64,000 nucleotides of DNA. It comes from Candidatus Heimdallarchaeota archaeon. GTDB lineage: Archaea > Asgardarchaeota > Heimdallarchaeia > Hodarchaeales > Hodarchaeaceae. A program made the position numbers and the translations under genes. Shown one piece after another: positions 55,703-64,000 of the stretch (the stretch's first letter is position 1; each line of letters begins with the position of its first letter). The notes below the pieces were generated by a model. It did no database searches. It saw only the letters and a list, made by a program, of their open reading frames with translations, and was not told the origin of the DNA. The stretch lies in NCBI GenBank assembly GCA_020353515.1, contig CP070695.1:666843-730842 (forward strand), given 5' to 3'.

Positions 55703-56425
55703 TTACAGGTTGATTTTGCCTGATATTACTTTTTTTTTACGTTTTCTATAGATTATTAATATGATAAGTAGTACTGAGAGAGATAATGGTAAATCAACAA
55801 ATATAATTTGGTCTAAATCTGTGTTAAGACTATCTACTTCCCATTCAGCAAAAACATATGTTGAATTCGCTTTTTTAAATGACTCGGATTCCATCCAACC
55901 GGTCATGAAGTTCCATTTCGAAATGAATAGACGAAAAACAGTTTCATTGACAGGTTCCTTTCTTTTCACTACCATTAAATTGTCTGTGAAAGAAACATCT
56001 TCATCCTCTCCAACTTTTTCCTCCCAATAAGACTTATTTTCCGTCGTTTTACGAACATAATAACTGAAATCATCTCCATCGGCCGTAATATTGTCGTTGT
56101 AGGTGCAATTTAAATGAGCCCCTAGATTTAGTTTAAGTATATCGAGTTTAATAGTAGTTCCTTTCTTCATAGTAATATTAACTATTCCTTGTGGAGTGTC
56201 TACTTCATCTATATACTCATGAGGATTTCCATTCTTTCTGAGCTTCGTAATGATATATGTCTTCGTATCTCCCACTTTCACATGCCATTCAAGTTCTTGG
56301 GTAACATTTCGTCCTCCTGATGCCAGAATTGAAGAAAAAGAGCTTGAAAAAACAAAGAATATTATAATCAAAAAGCTTCTTTCATTTTTGCAATACACTC
56401 CCATTCTCAGTTTCACTACTACCAA
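55703..56425 (-). CDS. Secreted membrane-anchored hypothetical protein
   Basis: Signal-like N-terminus, WHVKVGD..TY beta domain, NxT/S sequons, C-terminal TM + RKRKKK. Confidence 0.65.
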   Translation of the reverse strand: MVVVKLRMGVYCKNERSFLIIIFFVFSSSFSSILASGGRNVTQELEWHVKVGDTKTYIITKLRKNGNPHEYIDEVDTPQGIVNITMKKGTTIKLDILKLNLGAHLNCTYNDNITADGDDFSYYVRKTTENKSYWEEKVGEDEDVSFTDNLMVVKRKEPVNETVFRLFISKWNFMTGWMESESFKKANSTYVFAEWEVDSLNTDLDQIIFVDLPLSLSVLLIILIIYRKRKKKVISGKINL

Positions 56426-56606
56426 ATGATAGATTATATAAAATTTTATAATACAGCAGGAGTCTGATTTTATATTTATAATATAGACAAAGATTAGGGA
56501 AGAAAAATATTGAAAATATTAAATAAGGAAAAAAAGACTCAATTGAATGACTTATCTCAAAGCAGCAATGATTGGAAATTAACCTTAATCAAATTAAAAG
56601 AAGGAA

Positions 56607-57947
56607 TTGTTATTGGCTTTACCTGACTGGTTCATTTTACAATCACCACCCAATTTAGATATTGATGTCAAGCAGTGGAAAAACTTTGCATGGAATAGGG
56701 TAAAGCTCCTTGAACAGCTCCCCCAAGGTCGCTCACGAGTAGTTCGAGATCATTTTCCACCAACGGATGATGATTCACTAAACCAGATCTATAACGATTA
56801 CCGTTTAGGAGCGTATCTACTTCGATTAGTAGCTGCTACCAATCGTCGTTTAGAAGCTTGGTTGATAGAGACAGAAGGGGATTTATTTGAATACTTGTAT
56901 TCTGACAGGACGACTGTCAACCAAAAATGGGACATCTTCAAGTCCTTGTTTGGTTCTGAGAACGTAATGAACTATGAAGAGTTCAAATATAAAATGGATG
57001 AGAAACAGAATGAATATCTAGCTGACCTCTATCATCAATTTCATTCGGCCCGAGGAAGAGTAACAAGCGATTTTCTTACGTGTGTTCATTTCACCCAAGT
57101 TCCATGGATGGTTTCAAATCGTAGAGGTTACCTTCGCAAGGGTTGGGTAGTATCAAATGAAATCTCCTTTCGAGGAAGTCTTAAAAAAGCCTTTGAACAT
57201 AAACTCCAAGAAGAAGTGGTAAAAGCCCAAGATCTATTGGGAGTAAATGAAAGTATAGATCAGGCGGTTCAGGAAATAGAACAAAATCTCGCAAAACACA
57301 CACAAATCAGATCACAATTTTCCTCTGCAGAATTTGAGGGTAGAGACTTACAATCACATCCTGAAATCTTCCCACCATGTATGATCCATCTATTCTCTGA
57401 ATTTGAAAAAACAGGACGTTTAATCCATGCACATCGTCTTCAAATTGGCTTTTTTCTAAAGAAAATTGGTATGACAGTTGATGATCAACTACATTATTGG
57501 TTTGAAAAGTCGGTAGACAATTTAAATGTAACGTATGAAGAGTTTCTGAGAACTTCTGGGTATCAGATACGACATCTTTATGGATTAGAAGGTGGGAAAA
57601 AGGATTATGCTGTTCCAAAGTGTTCGACGATAGCAACAAGTTATTTCTGTCCATTTGTCCACTTAGCTCCAGCAATTTTATTCAAGTTTCTTAGCAATAA
57701 TTACCTTACTCGCTATAAGTCTCTTACTCCACCTGAAAATCGGCTAGAAAGAATTGTTTCTCAAAGCGGGAGTAATCCAACGGCAGCATGTACAGAATAT
57801 TTTCCTATCATCTTCAAGAAATCTTTGTATCGAAAAATAGTTCATCCTTTGCAATGGGCTAGGTATGCAAGTAAGTTTGAGGGATTGATTGTTGAACAGA
57901 GGGAGTCTGATTCATCGATAAGCGAAGAGGTGGAAACAAATCAGTGA
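56607..57947 (+). CDS. priL: DNA primase large subunit
   Basis: FPPCM, H.HR.QIG.FL, YQIRHLYGLEG....Y..PKC, FCPF, AC, HPLQW (Fe-S domain). Confidence 0.92.
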   Translation: MLLALPDWFILQSPPNLDIDVKQWKNFAWNRVKLLEQLPQGRSRVVRDHFPPTDDDSLNQIYNDYRLGAYLLRLVAATNRRLEAWLIETEGDLFEYLYSDRTTVNQKWDIFKSLFGSENVMNYEEFKYKMDEKQNEYLADLYHQFHSARGRVTSDFLTCVHFTQVPWMVSNRRGYLRKGWVVSNEISFRGSLKKAFEHKLQEEVVKAQDLLGVNESIDQAVQEIEQNLAKHTQIRSQFSSAEFEGRDLQSHPEIFPPCMIHLFSEFEKTGRLIHAHRLQIGFFLKKIGMTVDDQLHYWFEKSVDNLNVTYEEFLRTSGYQIRHLYGLEGGKKDYAVPKCSTIATSYFCPFVHLAPAILFKFLSNNYLTRYKSLTPPENRLERIVSQSGSNPTAACTEYFPIIFKKSLYRKIVHPLQWARYASKFEGLIVEQRESDSSISEEVETNQ

Positions 57948-58924
57948 ATCGAGTTCAACAGCGAACGGCTCTTCGTGATTATTATTCTACACACTTCAAT
58001 TTCGATGACCTTGCAGCATTTATTAACTTCTCAGACTTTTCAACTCGTGAATTTGGTTTTGCTACACTAGAAGGAAAGTTTTTTCGGAATATTTCCTTTG
58101 AGACCCCCAAAGCGTTGATTGATTTTTTAGTGGATCGGACTCCATATCACGTGTATATCGGAGCCGTGTATAATGATCCCCCTACGCGGGAGAATCCTAT
58201 TCATACACTGGAGTGGTTTGGGCATGAACTTGTATTTGACATTGACTTAAACGAGTACGATGCGGTACGACAACATGTTTGTAATTGTCAAGGAGCTGAC
58301 CAAGTCTGTATCCGCTGTTGGCAACTTGTAAATCTTGCAGTTCATATCATAGATGAAACATTACGTCTTGATTTCGGTATGAAAGACATTACTTGGGTCT
58401 TTTCAGGACGTCGGGGTGTTCATGGTTGGATTGCTGATGATGTAGGTTTTACCATAAATCAAGAACAACGAATGTCGCTAATTGATTATCTATCAGTTAT
58501 TCACGGAGAAGCAGAAAAAGCCCGAATTCAAGACAGAACGAAGTTGAAGTATGATTTTCGATACAGGATTGAACATACTGTTTTCAAATATTTTCTCAAG
58601 AATGTGCGTCGAAAAGACCTAATAGATTTGGGTTTTAGTTCCTCTATTGCAACTAATGTCATGAAGCAATTAGAGCACCAAGAAGGACAGATCGATGAGA
58701 GCTTATTGAGAAATTTCAATCTTCGGATTGCTAAGATTAATAAGTACGATGAAATTTTACGACGATGGGTACCACGGATTGACCACAAAGTAACTATCGA
58801 TTTACGGCGACTACTCCGGTTACCTACCTCCATCCATGGAAAAACTGGAAAAATAGCCCAAATCTTGCATCCTAGTGATATTTTCTCTTTCAACCCAGAT
58901 GAGGAGTCCTCAATTTTTACCTAA
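57944..58924 (+). CDS. priS: DNA primase small (catalytic) subunit
   Basis: REFGF, ELVFDID, C-C...C..CW zinc site, FSGRRGVH, IDHKVT..RLLRLP.SIHGKTG; GTGA overlap with priL. Confidence 0.95.
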   Translation: MNRVQQRTALRDYYSTHFNFDDLAAFINFSDFSTREFGFATLEGKFFRNISFETPKALIDFLVDRTPYHVYIGAVYNDPPTRENPIHTLEWFGHELVFDIDLNEYDAVRQHVCNCQGADQVCIRCWQLVNLAVHIIDETLRLDFGMKDITWVFSGRRGVHGWIADDVGFTINQEQRMSLIDYLSVIHGEAEKARIQDRTKLKYDFRYRIEHTVFKYFLKNVRRKDLIDLGFSSSIATNVMKQLEHQEGQIDESLLRNFNLRIAKINKYDEILRRWVPRIDHKVTIDLRRLLRLPTSIHGKTGKIAQILHPSDIFSFNPDEESSIFT

Positions 58925-58983
58925 AAGTTTGCAGCATTAATTTAGGATATATTTTAGAGAGTGAAAAAACGTTTAGAACAATC

Positions 58984-59526
58984 TTACTTAATTTGTTCAA
59001 ATTTCTTCCTTTTTATTCCTAGAGTGTCCCCTAATAAATTCATTAGATAATGAACTTGTCCCCGATGATAGGCTTCATGAGTATAAAATGCCTCTAATAA
59101 GTCAGTAAACATCATTTCTTCACCCCAGGGGGCCTTGACCCTTTTGAAAAAATCTTCCTCCTTACTATCTTCGAAATAGCGATGAGTTTTCGCCTTTATG
59201 TCAATTGATAATTTTTTTATATCATTTAAAGCGAAATGGGGCAACTCTCGCATGTTTAGCTTATAGTCCCCAACCCATTGGGCCCCTACTCCGAAATCTT
59301 TCGGGGAAGCTAATGAATCAAATTTTTGATGTATGTAAGCAACTTCTGAAGCCAGCATATGCCTGAGGATTTCATCGATTGCCCATAAATTTTCTTTAGG
59401 TCGTTTAGTAAAGAGTTCATGGGATAAATCATATTTGTCTAGGTGTTGCCATATTTCATTTCGATATTTTGAAACGCGTTTGTATTGAGTTTGCCAATAA
59501 TCTCTATAGCTTGAAACATTATTCAT
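58984..59526 (-). CDS. DinB/YfiT-family protein
   Basis: W...EILRHM..SE ... HEAYHRGQ. Confidence 0.85.
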   Translation of the reverse strand: MNNVSSYRDYWQTQYKRVSKYRNEIWQHLDKYDLSHELFTKRPKENLWAIDEILRHMLASEVAYIHQKFDSLASPKDFGVGAQWVGDYKLNMRELPHFALNDIKKLSIDIKAKTHRYFEDSKEEDFFKRVKAPWGEEMMFTDLLEAFYTHEAYHRGQVHYLMNLLGDTLGIKRKKFEQIK

Positions 59527-59558
59527 TGAACTTTCACTTACAGTTAAAGACTATAAAG

Positions 59559-59909
59559 TCAGCTTTTTGCAAATAATCCTAATTCGTTTCCAAAAAAATC
59601 TTTGAATTGAGCTGAAAATCCAATTCCAGGAGCAATCTCATATTTTTCTCTGATTTTTTCTCCTCCTGCTTCTATAATTTTCTCGAGCTTCTGATCTATA
59701 TCCTCCACCTCAAAGACAACATTAATCCCATGGTCAGGGATCTTCTTAACTAAATAGAATCCGATACTCGCAGAATTTTGGATCTCAACAAGCCCATAAT
59801 CATTAAATGATTCAAGATCTACATTCCATTCAAAAATGGTCTGATAAAACTTTTTTGCTATTTCCAAATCAAGAACAGGGATTTCCACATGATTTACACT
59901 AATTACCAT
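59559..59909 (-). CDS. VOC/glyoxalase-family protein
   Basis: HVEIPV.DLE.AKKFY..IFEW, F.VEDID, FKD..GN.LGL. Confidence 0.9.
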   Translation of the reverse strand: MVISVNHVEIPVLDLEIAKKFYQTIFEWNVDLESFNDYGLVEIQNSASIGFYLVKKIPDHGINVVFEVEDIDQKLEKIIEAGGEKIREKYEIAPGIGFSAQFKDFFGNELGLFAKS

Positions 59910-59956
59910 GATATTTCACGAATAAGTGTTAAATCTCATAATTTTAAATAGAGTTT

Positions 59957-59972
59957 GTTACCAAATGGTAAC
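59957..59972. promoter_or_regulatory. Palindromic operator GTTACCA-aa-TGGTAAC
   Basis: Perfect 7-bp inverted repeat between hxlR and the VOC gene, just upstream of the minus-strand TATA (tttaaaa near 59942-59948). Confidence 0.6.
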
Positions 59973-59980
59973 TATTTAAT

Positions 59981-60367
59981 TCACCCTACTTGAAAAACAC
60001 GTTTTGACAACGATATAAATTCCTCTTCAGATAGATTCTCATTTTCAAAGAGCTCTTCTAAGTATGTATCATAACTAAACAGAGCTAACTCATATAAAAC
60101 CTTATTTAAACGAAATCCTCGCTCTGTTAAATGATATTCAACAGTTAAATGATTTCCATTTGTTGTTTTAGTGATAATTTTGTGTTTTTCTAATTCTTTC
60201 AGTCGTTGAGCTAGTACCTTACTAGTAAGTTGGGGATTCTCTTTCAAAAAGTCCTTAAAACGACTTTTAGCAAACATCATATCTCGAATAATTTCAATAG
60301 ACCATTTCTTCCCAATATATGAGAGGGCAACCTTGACAGGGCATTTTTTAAAAGGAATCGAATACAT
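59981..60367 (-). CDS. HxlR-family transcriptional regulator
   Basis: CPV..AL..IGKKWS..IIRD, RF..F, L..RLKELE, VEYHLTERG. Confidence 0.92.
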   Translation of the reverse strand: MYSIPFKKCPVKVALSYIGKKWSIEIIRDMMFAKSRFKDFLKENPQLTSKVLAQRLKELEKHKIITKTTNGNHLTVEYHLTERGFRLNKVLYELALFSYDTYLEELFENENLSEEEFISLSKRVFQVG

Positions 60368-60430
60368 TTGAAATCCTCTGATTCGATGTATTAAGCTTGG
60401 TAGATATTAAATACGGAAAACAATTTTACT

Positions 60431-61060
60431 TTAAAGCATTTTTTTGGCTGCAATACCAATCCAACCTGGAGGATGACGTATTCTTTTAATTTGAAAAGTG
60501 TTCTGTCGAAAAAAAGATATAAAATCTCTAAGGTGGAGTGGTTTTTCATAACCGAATATCCATTGACCTGTTCTTTCCAAATACCAGCGACTCAAACGAT
60601 ATAGAATGTCTGGGGTCGGAACCCAGCATATTAACCATCCTCCAGGACGAACATGTTTTGCATGATTTTGGAAGGCAACTAGCTGTGCGGAATGTTTAAA
60701 ATGTTCTAATAACCCATGTGAATGGACAAAATCAAACTGTTGATTTAGTGATAATTCTAATACATCCTTCTGGATTAATTTCGGAATTATGTAAGATCGA
60801 GAGTACAGACGATAAGCCAAGGCTAGTGCAAATTTCGAAGTATCTACTAAAGTAGGTTTAAGATTATATTTTTTTGAAAGACGGAGGGAATTCAAGCCAG
60901 TGGAGGATCCTATCTCTAATAATGAACCTTGAGGTATTTTCAAGCCATGTAAAAGTATCCGATAATTACGCCAAACGGTAAAGAAATAATGAGCACGAAT
61001 CAAAGCAGATGAAGTACTCTTTGCATACGCTTCCCAATCTGCAGAAGAAGCAATAGGCAT
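60431..61060 (-). CDS. Class I SAM-dependent methyltransferase
   Basis: LLEIGSSTG, VD, FDFVHSHGLLEHF, PGG. Confidence 0.85.
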   Translation of the reverse strand: MPIASSADWEAYAKSTSSALIRAHYFFTVWRNYRILLHGLKIPQGSLLEIGSSTGLNSLRLSKKYNLKPTLVDTSKFALALAYRLYSRSYIIPKLIQKDVLELSLNQQFDFVHSHGLLEHFKHSAQLVAFQNHAKHVRPGGWLICWVPTPDILYRLSRWYLERTGQWIFGYEKPLHLRDFISFFRQNTFQIKRIRHPPGWIGIAAKKML

Positions 61061-61087
61061 TTTCTTTCACATTGAATATTTAGATCA

Positions 61088-62206
61088 TTATATACTTCGA
61101 GAAATATTCTGATAAGCATTTTGTATTGATTGTGAAAGATCTGCTGCTGTAGTACCTGGACTTTCACAATTATGACTGGTTAAAAAAGCTTCAATGAATG
61201 ATTCCAAATCTATTGTGTTTAAATCGATATTATGGAGATGTTGTTCCAATTGGGGAAGGATAAAATCAGGATAAATCCAAAAATCACCACTAATTAGAAT
61301 GTCTACAAGATTTGCCCCCTGAAATTCGCATATCACTTGGATCAATCCACCAGGCGATTTATGCACCCCCTCGACAATATAATTTGAAGCATGAATCTTC
61401 ACCTTGTGAATTAGATTTTTACCTCGGTGTGCTACTTGGAATTTCCATTCATCAGTTAAATAGGTGGATCTTAGTTGCTGCATTAATTCAAGAGTTTCAG
61501 ACTCGAGTTCAGTGGGATTTAAGTGGATGTCTAAGGTAGTTTCCAATTCCTTGGTATAAACTTCAATAATTTCATTCCGATTTGGAATGAAACCAAGTTC
61601 ATCCTGAAAAGAAGTAATTCCAGCTTCTAAGGATTTATAGACTTTATCACGAAATTTTTCACTCGGTACTTTCAGTATTTGGGTCATCTCTTTCCGTGGA
61701 AAGTCTAATATAAAATTACCAACCAAGACTTGAACGCTTTCGATGAGAGTAGCTCCATTACCTGATATTTTTCGGCCATTCACTAGAATATCATTTACAG
61801 GGCGATAATTGGCATCTACTTTAAAATGACGATAAGTATTAACAACTGGTTCGAGAAGTTTCGAATATAAAGCTGTTACATTCCGTGGAATAATATTGGA
61901 GTCGATATGAGCTATAACATTATAAAAGAGTTGGTTTGAATCAAGTAAGACTGCTCCTCCCCCACAGACTCGTCTAACGACTGGAATATTATTTAATTCA
62001 CAAAAGCTCAGATCTACAACTTTATTAATGGACTGATGGAGCCCACAGCTGACAATAGGGTCTTTTGGCCAATCAATAATTACCAAATCGTGCTTTTGAA
62101 TGCCTTTACTTCTTGCTAAGCTAGCAGCGTGCCAGATCGTTTGAGTATTGATACTATCATTCTCCCCAAAGATAATAAGGTCCCATTCATTATTGTTTGA
62201 AGACAT
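61088..62206 (-). CDS. lplA: Lipoate-protein ligase A family
   Basis: VVRRVCGGGAV, NDI..NGRKISGNG, C-terminal KSPGG...ISGDF domain. Confidence 0.88.
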   Translation of the reverse strand: MSSNNNEWDLIIFGENDSINTQTIWHAASLARSKGIQKHDLVIIDWPKDPIVSCGLHQSINKVVDLSFCELNNIPVVRRVCGGGAVLLDSNQLFYNVIAHIDSNIIPRNVTALYSKLLEPVVNTYRHFKVDANYRPVNDILVNGRKISGNGATLIESVQVLVGNFILDFPRKEMTQILKVPSEKFRDKVYKSLEAGITSFQDELGFIPNRNEIIEVYTKELETTLDIHLNPTELESETLELMQQLRSTYLTDEWKFQVAHRGKNLIHKVKIHASNYIVEGVHKSPGGLIQVICEFQGANLVDILISGDFWIYPDFILPQLEQHLHNIDLNTIDLESFIEAFLTSHNCESPGTTAADLSQSIQNAYQNISRSI

Positions 62207-62312
62207 ATTTATTCAACAAACCTAGAAACAAATATCTCATTATTAAAATAACGGAAGTTATAACGTAAGAAAGGTACCTTTTTTATTCTAATTCAACCAA
62301 GGAGATAATTTA

Positions 62313-63245
62313 TTGAATCCTCCAAATGTTGTTTTCTTGTCAGGGGGTACAGGAACACCAAAATTATTACAAGGCGCTGTAAATGTAATTGATGCCAGAA
62401 ATATAACAATTATTGGAAATACAGGAGATGACTGGAATTTTTATGGACTTCATGTATCACCTGATGTTGATAGTATATTATTGACTTTGGCAGACCTCAT
62501 AGACACAGAGAAATGGTGGGGAATTAAAGATGACACTTTTAATCTAGTAGATTTTCTAAAGGAGCAATTAAAAGAAGATGTTTGGTTTAATCTAGGTGAT
62601 TTTGACACTGGATTATGTCTATATAGATCTTATTTATTGAGCCAAGGAAGAAATCTAACAGAGGTCACAGAGATCATAGGAAAACGTCTTAATATTCAAT
62701 CTCGTGTATTACCAATGGCTAATCAACCAGTTCAGACAAAAGTTCGTACCCAAGAGCAAACACTCCATTTACAGGAATATTGGATAAAATATAAGGGAAA
62801 AGTACAAGTAAATAATGTCTTTTTTGAAGGAGATCTACGAAATACAACAGATCATGTTCTAGAAGCCATTCAAAATGCTGATGCTATTATTATCGGTCCA
62901 AGCAATCCTATTTCATCATTAGGGCCTATTTTGGCGCTTCAACCTTTACGAGAAGCATTGCAAAAAGCTTCAGGATATCGAATAGCGATAAGCCCAATCA
63001 TTGGTACAAATGCTGTTTCTGGGCCCACAGCAGCCTTTTTAAAAGCTTGGGGGCATGAAGTTTCTCCCATAGCGATTTTAGAGTTATTTCATGATGTTCT
63101 AGACGCCTTTATGATCCATAAAACAGATGCAAAATATACTGATGACATCACTGGAATGGGAATTACTCCAATTTTAGAAGATATTTACATTCATACAAAA
63201 GCTGATGCTGCACGGTTGTTTGAACGAATAATGGATAGTAAATGA
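62313..63245 (+). CDS. cofD: 2-phospho-L-lactate transferase (F420 biosynthesis)
   Basis: LSGGTGTPKL, NTGDD, SPDVD, WWG..DTF, LGD.D, GPSNP..S, SGP. Confidence 0.95.
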   Translation: MNPPNVVFLSGGTGTPKLLQGAVNVIDARNITIIGNTGDDWNFYGLHVSPDVDSILLTLADLIDTEKWWGIKDDTFNLVDFLKEQLKEDVWFNLGDFDTGLCLYRSYLLSQGRNLTEVTEIIGKRLNIQSRVLPMANQPVQTKVRTQEQTLHLQEYWIKYKGKVQVNNVFFEGDLRNTTDHVLEAIQNADAIIIGPSNPISSLGPILALQPLREALQKASGYRIAISPIIGTNAVSGPTAAFLKAWGHEVSPIAILELFHDVLDAFMIHKTDAKYTDDITGMGITPILEDIYIHTKADAARLFERIMDSK

Positions 63246-64000
63246 ATGGGAAATTCTAGAAATCCTAGTATATTAGCCGCAATGGCTGGTTTAACGAATG
63301 GTGGTTTTGCGAAACACTGTTTAATCAGAGGTGGGGCTGGGATGGTTACTATTGGAGGGTATCCAATTGGAAGAGAGATGATAAATGCCTCATTTAAAGT
63401 TGCTCAGAGAGGCCGAGATGAATTCCTTCTTCCTGTTGGGAAAGAACCTGAGAAGATATTGAGTGAAGCACATGAAATTTCAGATTTTTCTCGTCTTATC
63501 ATTAACCTCAGACTTAATAGTTCAAAAGAAGCCATTCATTTTGCTAGAAATTTTGTAGATCTTCTTCAAGAAAAGCCAATAATTGAGATTAACGCGCATT
63601 GTCGACAAACCGAAATCTTCGAATTAGGTGGAGGACAAGGACTTTTGAAGCGGTTTGATGTCCTTACAGACATTATAAAAGCATTTCAGTCCAGAGATTT
63701 CTGTGTTTCGTTGAAAATTCGTGGAAATGCTATAGATCCATCTACACTTATCCCTCAAGTGAAGCAATGGCAACTCGATTTTTTACACATTGATTCCTAT
63801 AGGAATGGAATTATAGGAACTGATCTAGATTTATTAAAAGTTTATTCAAAGAAAATAAACTTTCCAGTCATAGGAAATAATTCAGTTGTAGACCTTTCAA
63901 GTGCCCAAGCCGTTTTAAACACTGGAGCACAATTTTTTTCTATCGCAAGAGCTGCTAGAAGTGATCCAACAATCTTTAGAGCTCTATTGAAACATTTTTA
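63246..64000 (+). CDS. MJ0144-type dihydrouridine-synthase-like TIM-barrel protein (runs to window edge)
   Basis: Own translation: MGNSRNPSILAAMAGLTNG...TIGGY...EINAHCRQ...GGGQGLL...SLKIR...HIDS...IGNNSV...SIAR; not in the ORF track because the stop lies beyond the window. Confidence 0.85.
   Translation, partial: MGNSRNPSILAAMAGLTNGGFAKHCLIRGGAGMVTIGGYPIGREMINASFKVAQRGRDEFLLPVGKEPEKILSEAHEISDFSRLIINLRLNSSKEAIHFARNFVDLLQEKPIIEINAHCRQTEIFELGGGQGLLKRFDVLTDIIKAFQSRDFCVSLKIRGNAIDPSTLIPQVKQWQLDFLHIDSYRNGIIGTDLDLLKVYSKKINFPVIGNNSVVDLSSAQAVLNTGAQFFSIARAARSDPTIFRALLKHF

Noticed and set aside
1-64000. tRNA, rRNA, transposase or integrase genes
   Set aside because: None recognised by eye; a tRNAscan-SE or ISEScan run would be needed to exclude them formally

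Overview
AT-rich archaeal chromosomal segment, very likely Asgard archaeal (possibly Heimdallarchaeia/Hodarchaeales; the taxon is inferred from gene content only). Archaeal housekeeping genes include SRP RNA, PriL/PriS, Hef, NreA, EndoQ, Cdc48, PAC2, R15P isomerase, TrpB2, CofD and LplA. These are interleaved with many eukaryotic-signature genes: Rab- and Arf-like GTPases, roadblock and longin proteins, a folliculin-like protein, Yip1, a membrane RING protein and a polyproline protein. No CRISPR array, rRNA, tRNA or recognisable transposase was seen. The best candidates for undescribed systems are: (1) a four-gene cluster at 24006-31009 with a tubulin/FtsZ-family GTPase carrying a tubulin-type H11/H12-like C-terminus, a 1171-aa protein of about 15 helical repeats and two helical/coiled-coil proteins; (2) a translationally coupled operon at 37943-40783 of two paralogous AAA+/winged-helix ATPases (one with a degenerate Walker B) and a degenerate Mrr-like nuclease, next to repeat-bearing non-coding DNA; (3) a ~600-nt highly structured RNA region at 7104-7711 enclosing a 70-aa zinc-ribbon ORF; (4) a folliculin-like longin that keeps the arginine-finger motif; (5) a Tubby/LURP-like + polyproline/WH2-like + TPR-like operon. 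All family calls were made by eye from motifs, without database searches.
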